Assembly: GCA_000092065.1 (NCBI GenBank)
Contig: CP000582.1
Strand: one strand, 5' to 3'
Length of the DNA stretch: 64,000 bases
Source of the DNA: Ostreococcus lucimarinus
Taxonomy: Eukaryota
Shown: positions 35,429 through 42,646 of the stretch, in pieces
How the letters are laid out: every line of letters begins with the position of its first letter
How positions within the stretch are numbered: position 1 is the stretch's first letter
Translations under genes and position numbers: made by a program
Notes under the pieces: generated by a model
The model's database searches: none
What the model was told of the DNA's origin: nothing
Seen by the model: only the letters and a program-made list of their open reading frames with translations

Positions 35429-35518
35429 GGAAAAATTTATATATCGCCCCTTTAGAGAGTACCTACACACATGACGAGTCATGAACCGTGGATATATACG
35501 TATTTTACACCGTTTAGT
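35429..35518 (+). repeat. Inverted-repeat arm L (pairs with 36192..36279)
   Basis: ggaaaaatttatatatcgcccctttagagagtacctacacacatgacgagtcatgaaccgtggatatatacgtattttacaccgtttagt is the reverse complement of 36192..36279, apart from one 2-bp TA indel. Confidence 0.92.
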
Positions 35519-35519
35519 T

Positions 35520-36086
35520 CTAAAAGTTTGATTCTACAACATCTACGAGGTACTTACTAATGCTAATTTGCTCGCCTTTGCTTGCCTTGCGTTTGTGTTC
35601 ATCGACCATCTTCTCGTGCCAGCCCCTCTTCCTGCTCAACGCCGTATCACCCGCCGCGCCTCTCATAGGAATCGCAACCAGGTTCGACATACCGAGCACA
35701 CCATCGCCGTCCATTTTGCTATTCTTGGACATGTTTTGAGACATCTCTCTGTGTGTCTTCAAGTTGTGCATGAAACGTTGAAGTTTGTCGAGCGCGTCTG
35801 TGATGTGTGCGGCTTCATCAGGCTCGAACGTAAACTCCGGATCGAGTGCGAGTTGTATCATCTCGGTACACGATTGAACCCAGCGTGACTTTACACTCAC
35901 GTTGTCGAAAGCTGCTCCAAGGCTTCTCCGATGAGTTGGTAGAGAGGCTTCAACATTATCTGGAATCGCTGGAGTCACGTGTCTCCTGGAATCGCTGGAG
36001 TCACGTGTCTCCTGGAGCCCGGACGATACGTGAAGAGCATCACCGAACGGATCGTCGAAGGGATCATCGTCGCACTCGTCTTCCAT
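35520..36086 (-). CDS. Hypothetical 188-aa acidic protein enclosed by the inverted repeats (no recognisable family)
   Basis: The ORF fills most of the 673-bp interior between the IR arms. It contains a 26-bp tandem duplication (35961-36012) that switches reading frame yet leaves a long ORF. Confidence 0.35.
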   Translation of the reverse strand: MEDECDDDPFDDPFGDALHVSSGLQETRDSSDSRRHVTPAIPDNVEASLPTHRRSLGAAFDNVSVKSRWVQSCTEMIQLALDPEFTFEPDEAAHITDALDKLQRFMHNLKTHREMSQNMSKNSKMDGDGVLGMSNLVAIPMRGAAGDTALSRKRGWHEKMVDEHKRKASKGEQISISKYLVDVVESNF

Positions 36087-36191
36087 CCGACCATCGCCCG
36101 CACGCGCGACGACAACTGGCGCGACAGGCGTGGAAAAGACACGAGGCGAACGTGTTTTTCACCAAGGTAGGAATACTCTATTGTAGATGGC

Positions 36192-36279
36192 ACTAAACGG
36201 TGTAAAATACGTATATATCCACGGTTCATGACTCGTCATGTGTGTAGGTACTCTCTAAAGGGGCGATATAAATTTTTCC
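36192..36279 (-). repeat. Inverted-repeat arm R (pairs with 35429..35518)
   Basis: See arm L. The arm contains TATATA-like boxes and ATG codons, and lies between the divergent ORFs starting at 36086 (-) and 36446 (+). Confidence 0.92.
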
Positions 36280-36445
36280 CCCCGAACGCGTTTTTTGAAC
36301 GCGCCGGGGTTTAGCGAAACGCGATGGCGCAACCGTCGCGTTCGCGCGCCCGCCAGTGCGCGGTGCGGCCGCGGCCGCCCGCGGGTGCGCGTGAGTAGTT
36401 CGAGGTGATTCCGACGCGTCGCGTCCGCACGTCGTCGCGCGCCGA

Positions 36446-38239
36446 ATGCCTCGCACGTGCGTGTGCACGAACCCGAACTGCGACAAAGATGTCGAGCGAT
36501 TCGCGTTCCAACTCGGCAAGCACTGGAAAGACGACGTGCTCAAATCGATTCTATCGAGTCTCAGACCCGGAGCGGATGCTGATGACGTAGAAAAATACTT
36601 TTTGCGCGCGATGACGAAGCCCGATGGTGTTCGAGTGTCCTCGCAGCACTTCTTCTGGTACCATTTAGCATGGTCTCGAGGAGACCGCCCGAAGCTGGTC
36701 TTCAAAGATGGCGCGCACGTCCGGCCGACGTACATGCTCCATTCGAATCGGCCGACGTACGCGGGCGAACGAATCGTCGATCCGGCTCGTGTAGAATGTT
36801 TATCACCGCGCGAGACGCGTCTGCGCGTGAAGGCGCCGGCACGGGCGCCCCTTTCAGAGATTTCAAATTTGAATGAGGACGACGTGCATGCGACACAAGC
36901 TGGTGTCAGAGTTGGGATTAAACGGCGACGATCTGCTCCTGCGGCAATTTGCTCGCACAATCGCGCGCAAAACATGTCTTTGAACTCGTTTGAACGGGGA
37001 AGGCCGGGGGAAGAGACGTGCCGCGTGCAAGAAGGGACTATCCACAAGTTACGCTGTGATGAGTTGAAGTTGAGCGAGGCGCTGCGGGAAGAGCGTCAGC
37101 ACGCAGACGACGCGCGCGAGGACGTTCGTTTGCTCACGGAAGAACTTGAACGTATTCAAGAAGAAATGCACGACCAGGATCGAAAATCCTCGTTCGTAAC
37201 TATGCGATACTTGCGGGCGACGAGAGCTAGTGATAAGCAAATCAAAGCGCTTACTGGGTGGCCAACTTTGAAAACATTCGATGCTTTGTGGCGTTTCGTC
37301 AACGCGGGCGACCGCAATGCGACGCAAAACTTGTCGATTGTCAAACGAAAATGGAGGGGCGATTCGACGAGCGCGACGGGTTCGCATGGAACGGTCGTTC
37401 CGCGGAAAAAGAGCTTCAAATGGGAAGATGTATTTTTGGCGTGGTGGATGAGAGCGAAGATGGACTTGACCGCGGATCAACTTGCATACTTCGTCGGAAT
37501 ACACAAATCGACGCTTACACGTGCGCTACATCAAATGACATCATTTTTAACGGTTTTTATACGTGCTTACGGTGGCGACCCGATCGATCCCGAATGGATC
37601 CAGATGACAACAGGGGAGGATTGGAAAGAAGCATACGGGCAGAAACCTTATGAGATTATCGACGTGACTGAAGTGCCCATGGAGACTCCAGATGACCCAT
37701 ATATGCAGCGTTTGTTTTACAGTCATTATAAGAAGCGCTACGTGTGCAAATTTCTTGGCGCCTGTCACTCAAATTGTCTTGCCGCTTTCTGTTCAGTTGG
37801 GTTCCCTGGATCCATTTTTGACAATGAAATTTGCTTTGCTGGAAAGGATCATCCGATGCTTAATCATGCGGTACACCGAGCCAGCATCCGCCGGAGGACG
37901 TTCACAGACGAGAACGACGAAAATGTAGTCGTTCCCGAAACAATTGCAGCTGATCGTGGCTTTTGCGAAGGGTTGAATAGACAGTTTGAACGGGATGCGT
38001 TCAGGCTTGTGCACCCTGCGTTTTCAAGAGGCAAGAATGTGGCCTTCTCCAAGGAGGACATTCTCGACACCAGGGCGCAAGCATGTCGCCGAGTGCTAAT
38101 TGAAAATGCTTTCGGTCGCGTCAAGACGATTTGGAAGCGTATGCGCGGTCCAATAGCTATCTCCAAGCTGAAATCGGTGCATCAGGAGTGGCCAATAATA
38201 TTTTTCCTAGCGCTAGATTTACAAGCTTCGCTAAGGTAG
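36446..38239 (+). CDS. PIF/Harbinger-superfamily DDE transposase (DDE_Tnp_4 type), intronless
   Basis: HTH block: DLTADQLAYFVGIHKSTLTRALHQMTSFL. Catalytic blocks: EIIDVTEVPMETP (D), YSHYKKRYVCKF, GFPGSIFDNEI (D) and TIAADRGFCEG (D/E position). RRVLIENAFGRVKTIWKRM matches the R..VE..FG.LK..W..L signature. The N-terminus has a Cys/His pattern (CVCTNPNC ... SSQHF) reminiscent of a THAP-like finger; that last point is speculative. Confidence 0.8.
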   Translation: MPRTCVCTNPNCDKDVERFAFQLGKHWKDDVLKSILSSLRPGADADDVEKYFLRAMTKPDGVRVSSQHFFWYHLAWSRGDRPKLVFKDGAHVRPTYMLHSNRPTYAGERIVDPARVECLSPRETRLRVKAPARAPLSEISNLNEDDVHATQAGVRVGIKRRRSAPAAICSHNRAQNMSLNSFERGRPGEETCRVQEGTIHKLRCDELKLSEALREERQHADDAREDVRLLTEELERIQEEMHDQDRKSSFVTMRYLRATRASDKQIKALTGWPTLKTFDALWRFVNAGDRNATQNLSIVKRKWRGDSTSATGSHGTVVPRKKSFKWEDVFLAWWMRAKMDLTADQLAYFVGIHKSTLTRALHQMTSFLTVFIRAYGGDPIDPEWIQMTTGEDWKEAYGQKPYEIIDVTEVPMETPDDPYMQRLFYSHYKKRYVCKFLGACHSNCLAAFCSVGFPGSIFDNEICFAGKDHPMLNHAVHRASIRRRTFTDENDENVVVPETIAADRGFCEGLNRQFERDAFRLVHPAFSRGKNVAFSKEDILDTRAQACRRVLIENAFGRVKTIWKRMRGPIAISKLKSVHQEWPIIFFLALDLQASLR

Positions 38240-40336
38240 ATTCCGCGTCTCGCACGCGTCTGTAACCCTGTGTAAAGTACATTTGTGATTGTTCTCTTTT
38301 TCATATACGTCGAAATACTCCCTGAGAAGTGTTGATGGCTTGTTTCGCGACCACATCGCGCTTACATCAGGTGCAACTTCAGGGAGCTCCAAATCACCGT
38401 CACCGCGAGTGTCCACAGTGCATCGTCGCTTTGCGCGCCCAGCTTCGAATCGATTAAAGTCAATGTTGCTAAGAGGATTTTTGCGATTCATCGGATCCCC
38501 TTCGCCACTCGTGCCGAACCACTCACTTTCGAGCGACGTGCATGGATCAGCTGGTCGTTGCAACTTGGCAAAATACCAGAGCGCTGCGATGACATGGATG
38601 CACCCTCCGAAGTCTCCGCCCGCTCCCGCCTTGCACGCGCACGTCCCACGCTCGACACTGACGACATGGTCATGGACATGTTCATTCGTTTCTTCGTCGA
38701 TGCACCCATACTTGCATAACAAGCATACAGCGACGGCATAACGCTCTGCTTTGAGTGATGCCGGAATACCAACTCGGAACCACACGCGGAAGTGAGTTTG
38801 CATCCACGGATGCCCCACGTGCGCAAAACGAATCGGAAGGGGCGTCCGGGCGTGTATTCGTGCGTATCCTTGTCGATACGCTTTGGATCGAACCGGGTCG
38901 CCGTAAACGGACATCCCCGCGAGCCACGTCGTGATGATGTCCTCACCCATAAGCGGTGACGTCTCGCGGAAAAGCTCAACGTCAGTGCTCCACACTTCAG
39001 CATCCATTGGTGCGTCCAGATCGGGATCTAGCTCAGGGAATTGCGTCACCGGAAGATGAAAATGATGAACCAAATATGTATGAAGACTTTTCCCTTCTGG
39101 ATCCTGGACGTCGCCGTCGACGTCGATATCTAGCTCCTCGTACCGACGCTCAAGCTCCATCCTCTGTATGACCTCTGAGATGATGACATCTTTGTCCCGA
39201 ATATCCTGACATCCGCGGCGGCGATCGTTCCTACGCACGTTCAGCCAACGTATTAAATCCGATTTGGAGTTGTCCTCGACTCTCTTTTCCGGTAAAACGG
39301 CGCCTTTGATGAGATACTTGGGGATTCGTCTCGCCCGTGTTTCACCATGTCTAAAAAGGGCAGCCACTGCAACCAATTCAACGGGTTCGTGAGTATCCGC
39401 ATCGCGCAAACCTAAAGCGAATTCTTCGTTTTCTGAGTGATTTGCGTTGAATATGGTTGCGTCATTGAGCCAGCGTCTCTCTTTCGTCCGCATATCGTAC
39501 ACGATTGCTCGCTCAAAGCCCGCCAGGCTTTCCTCAAGTTTGAGAATTTGCGTGTCCTCATCACTCGCGTCGACGACGTCCTTCTTGACGAGGTATTTCA
39601 CAAAAGAGCGGATACTGAGAGTCTCTGCACTCTGTATGCACGCTACAATGGCTTTCAGAGCCGTTTGGGGTCCAAGTCCGGGAACTTTCCCCTCCCTGTA
39701 ATCACACCCGCTCGCCGCCGCCCACAAGCGCATGGCGGCGTCGCCGTGCATGCACATGAGCTCCGCAACTGTGTTCACCTCGTTCGTGTCTACCGGCATC
39801 CTCAGGTTGTTTCTGTTAAAAACGTTGCACTTTAACGTCGAAACGCTCCAAGACACCTTGTGGACGACCTTGGCGCACCCGAGCACCACTGCATCTGTGT
39901 CATCCGTCAACACGAAATCAACGAGACCACTCGACTCCATGTACTTCAACTGGTGATCTGATTCGTTTGGCGCCACGACGTACACGAATCCACGCTTCCG
40001 CACTTCATTCAGTATCCGAGGCAAATAACATCGTTCGAATTTTTCACCTATCGTACCTGCTCGCTTCGCGTGCGTCTCCTTCTTGTGTGCAGTCCTCGCA
40101 CCGTCGAAAACAAGGACTGGGAAGACACCTGCATTCACGAGCTTCGTAGCGCGCGAAATGACCGTTTCTACAGACGAATCCAGTTTATCCTGAACAGAAC
40201 CAGTTTTTCGCATCGCCCACCCCTGGTGTATCCAGATGTTTGCGTCTACCCCCGCTTTCGCGTTGGCGAACTCGCCGCCGATGGACGTGCGGACGACCGC
40301 ATCGTCGAACGCTTTCCACCCTGCGTCGACGCCCAT
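38231..40336 (-). CDS. EXO1/XPG/FEN1-family structure-specific 5' nuclease fused to a C-terminal SWIM zinc finger, intronless
   Basis: The probable start MGVDAGWKAF is at 40336. XPG-N: GVDANIWIHQ and PVLVFDGARTAHKKETHAKR. XPG-I: VVAPNESDHQLKYMESSGLVDFVLTDDTDAVVLGC. H3TH: GCDYREGKVPGLGPQTALKAI. SWIM: CACKAGAGGDFGGCIHVIAALWY. All acidic catalytic positions appear to be retained. Confidence 0.8.
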   Translation of the reverse strand: MGVDAGWKAFDDAVVRTSIGGEFANAKAGVDANIWIHQGWAMRKTGSVQDKLDSSVETVISRATKLVNAGVFPVLVFDGARTAHKKETHAKRAGTIGEKFERCYLPRILNEVRKRGFVYVVAPNESDHQLKYMESSGLVDFVLTDDTDAVVLGCAKVVHKVSWSVSTLKCNVFNRNNLRMPVDTNEVNTVAELMCMHGDAAMRLWAAASGCDYREGKVPGLGPQTALKAIVACIQSAETLSIRSFVKYLVKKDVVDASDEDTQILKLEESLAGFERAIVYDMRTKERRWLNDATIFNANHSENEEFALGLRDADTHEPVELVAVAALFRHGETRARRIPKYLIKGAVLPEKRVEDNSKSDLIRWLNVRRNDRRRGCQDIRDKDVIISEVIQRMELERRYEELDIDVDGDVQDPEGKSLHTYLVHHFHLPVTQFPELDPDLDAPMDAEVWSTDVELFRETSPLMGEDIITTWLAGMSVYGDPVRSKAYRQGYARIHARTPLPIRFAHVGHPWMQTHFRVWFRVGIPASLKAERYAVAVCLLCKYGCIDEETNEHVHDHVVSVERGTCACKAGAGGDFGGCIHVIAALWYFAKLQRPADPCTSLESEWFGTSGEGDPMNRKNPLSNIDFNRFEAGRAKRRCTVDTRGDGDLELPEVAPDVSAMWSRNKPSTLLREYFDVYEKENNHKCTLHRVTDACETRNLP

Positions 40337-40672
40337 ACGCACCAGAATTTGCAAACACGGCTACAACTCGATCAGAAATACATTTTGTCACCTGTTCATG
40401 TGCCTCCGCGATGCCCGACGCGCGTGCGCGCCACGACAGCAGCGTGAAAGTGACGGGGATGCGCGACGGGCCGAGCGAGTTCAAAAAAAGGACGAAAGGG
40501 CACCGGATTCGAGGTTTTCGTCGACAGTGGGTCATGACGAGTCACAAACGTTCGACTTAAATATGTAAAATGATAGGAAAACCTTAATGCAATGGGTCAT
40601 AATAGCTGAATATATATGGTTTCTCGTCGTAATGGACAAAAGTTGCTTTCATAAAAATAAGGATGTAGTTGT

Positions 40673-40789
40673 TACTGAGAGTGGGGTTCGAACCCACGCA
40701 GTCAATGACTACCAGAAATCTCACCAGTTTTTTCGGTGAAGCTTATTCGCACTTGAGTCTGGCCCCTTAGACCACTCGGGCATCCCAGC
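40673..40789 (-). tRNA. trnL-CAA: tRNA-Leu (anticodon CAA) with a ~34-nt intron after position 37
   Basis: Hand fold on the minus strand. Acceptor GCTGGGA/TCTCAGT (with G-U pairs). D arm CCC-GAGTGGTCTAA-GGG. Anticodon stem CCAGA/TCTGG with loop CT-CAA-G[intron]T. Long variable arm TAGTCATTGACTGC. T arm GTGGG-TTCGAAC-CCCAC. Discriminator A. A TTTTT run lies downstream (Pol III terminator). Confidence 0.85.
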
Positions 40790-40993
40790 ATGCGCAAAGT
40801 GTACAGCTCGCCGAACAAGTACTGTTGTCCCCCCCCATACTGCAGAAAAAAAGTATGGACTCTCATACATCCATGTGACTGACGCGCACGTTCTTACTCG
40901 TTCTTACTGAGTTCATCTTCGCAATGTATGGAGGCCGAAGAGTAATTATATTTTGTAGTTGAGCGCGGTTTTCTGTTCCATCAACGAATATCG

Positions 40994-42454
40994 CTAATCA
41001 AAAAAGCTATGGCTGATTGCGTCTAGTGCACTGATACGATCTTCTCGTTTGGGTGTGAGTAGCGCTGTCGCAAGCGCCCATCCCGCACCTTGTGCTGCGT
41101 CAAGTAAAGCCTCTCCCCTACAGCTTGAGCTCACGACCACACGATCATGTGTTCGCCACTCACTCAGATCATAACGATGGCGAGCAACTTCGTTCTTGAA
41201 TGTTAGTAAGCGTTCAGAATCACGGAGATACGGGAAACATAGCTGTAGCATGACGATACCCACGCTGAACATGTCGAATTTTCCAGGTTGATATATTTCC
41301 CAAAGTTCACTTAAATTGTCTGCAGTTGGTTGTGGTGCAGTCGAAGGAAGCAAATATATATCATCTGCAGAGCAGTATCTAGGGTCGGCTGGTCCTTCAC
41401 CGGGAACATAGTTTTTAGGAACTCCCAAGCACTGAGCAGCGGCACCCAGGTCGATGAACACAACTCCACCTTCTTCTGAGAAAACTATATTATCTGGCTT
41501 GATGTCTCGATGTACAATACCCACCGAATGTAAACTCTCCAAATTCTTCAGAATCGAACGCAGAACGAGTTTTATCATCTCACACTCAGTTGTACTTTGT
41601 GAAAGATTGTAAGCTTTGCGAGTAATTGTTTCGAGTGTTTCAGGTTTACGCAATGCTTCCCCAAGAGTAACCGAGCCACAGTATTCCCACATTAGCCAAA
41701 GGCCAGCTGGTAGCGTACCGTTGTAGATCTGACCTTCTTGACGCTGATCTATTTCGCAACAGCCGAAGAATCGAGCACACGATCCCTTCGCCAACTTGTG
41801 AACTGCCTCGTTCAGCTCAAGCTCTGCGTCTAAGAGCTCAGTCGCACCATACACATTTCTTTTTGCACATTTTAACACGACATCTCTTTCCTTCCACGTA
41901 CCACGGAACACAGTGCCAAAACTACCTTCACCAAGTGGTCCTGATTTTGATATTCGTATATCCTCGGGCTGCACGCCAACCGTTCGACGCAAGACAGCTG
42001 GACTATTCAACCTTTCATTTCGCTTCTTTTCCCAATAAGAGGCCATGTCTTCAGATTCTATCGAAAAAGTCTCAGGTCGTGAAAACGTGAGCTTGACTTG
42101 CACACTTTTTTGAGTAGATATGAAGGAGATGATGTCGTCGAAGTACACACCACTACAACCCGTCAAAGCGACGTTGTTTATTTCAATCGCATCAATAATA
42201 TCACCCACCGAAATAATACCACAATCAGCCGCGTGACTTCTTGGAGAGATGTCGGCAACATAAGCACCCTTATCGTCGTTCTGTGGCTGCAAAATTAAGC
42301 CCAAAGGCCTCTTCAGCGTCGTTTGAAATGACTCTTGTCTTGAGGAACCGCACGTTACACGTTTTCTACCACTGGACAACTTTTTGTTTTTCAACTGTAC
42401 TTTTTTCGATGTCGCCGCATTTACAATAGCGACTAGTGCTAAGCTGCGATTCAT
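40994..42454 (-). CDS. STN7/STN8/Stt7-family Ser/Thr protein kinase with N-terminal PDZ-like domain
   Basis: Kinase blocks IVHRDIKPDNIVF and FIDLGAAAQCLGVPKNYVPGEGPADPRYCSADDIYLLPSTAPQP ... FDMFSVGIVMLQLCFPYLRDSERLLTFKNEV..YDLSEWR are colinear with plant STN7 ([29 protein letters not shown]...). PDZ-like region: RPLGLILQP..GAYVADISPRSHAADCGIISVGDIIDAIE. Confidence 0.8.
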   Translation of the reverse strand: MNRSLALVAIVNAATSKKVQLKNKKLSSGRKRVTCGSSRQESFQTTLKRPLGLILQPQNDDKGAYVADISPRSHAADCGIISVGDIIDAIEINNVALTGCSGVYFDDIISFISTQKSVQVKLTFSRPETFSIESEDMASYWEKKRNERLNSPAVLRRTVGVQPEDIRISKSGPLGEGSFGTVFRGTWKERDVVLKCAKRNVYGATELLDAELELNEAVHKLAKGSCARFFGCCEIDQRQEGQIYNGTLPAGLWLMWEYCGSVTLGEALRKPETLETITRKAYNLSQSTTECEMIKLVLRSILKNLESLHSVGIVHRDIKPDNIVFSEEGGVVFIDLGAAAQCLGVPKNYVPGEGPADPRYCSADDIYLLPSTAPQPTADNLSELWEIYQPGKFDMFSVGIVMLQLCFPYLRDSERLLTFKNEVARHRYDLSEWRTHDRVVVSSSCRGEALLDAAQGAGWALATALLTPKREDRISALDAISHSFFD

Positions 42455-42646
42455 CTGCGACCGGGTGCACGCGTGGATCGAAAAGCGAGCAACTGTTCAG
42501 CTGTTTTTTGCATCTTACGTTGAGGAAGGGAGGTTTCGCGGGTTCGCTTAGTTTCTTAGTCGTCTTTTCCGTCTTGTCGAAGTGCTCGACGTTAAGTAAT
42601 TTAATATATTTGACATCAGAAATAAATATTTATTTCTTGTGATATA

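Larger units (their letters stand above)
35429..36279. mobile_element. 851-bp unit bounded by near-perfect ~88-bp inverted repeats (foldback/TIR-type element or element terminus rearrangement)
   Basis: The IR arms are as listed above. No clean short target-site duplication is visible. Similar GC-rich T-run/GAACG motifs lie on both outer flanks in direct orientation (35391-35411 and 36288-36311). Confidence 0.5.
36192..40600. mobile_element. Putative PIF/Harbinger-like DNA transposon carrying two convergent ORFs (transposase + nuclease-SWIM); boundaries tentative
   Basis: This is a GC-rich island in an AT-moderate background. The two intronless ORFs overlap by 9 bp at their stops. The left end is IR arm R. 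The right end (about 40468-40600) has a degenerate inverted copy. It shares the 12-mer tgactcgtcatg (36229-36240 vs 40533-40544 reverse) and the ttttttgaac+GC motif (36288-36311 vs 40468-40490 reverse), colinear and with similar spacing. Confidence 0.5.

Noticed and set aside
36226-37047. A 273-aa minus-strand ORF and several 60-150-aa ORFs overlapping the transposase and nuclease genes (e.g. 37049..37504, 38488..39003, 40185..40535).
   Set aside because: These are antisense or out-of-frame to ORFs with clear DDE_Tnp_4 and XPG/SWIM motifs. They lie in GC-rich sequence and have no recognisable motifs.
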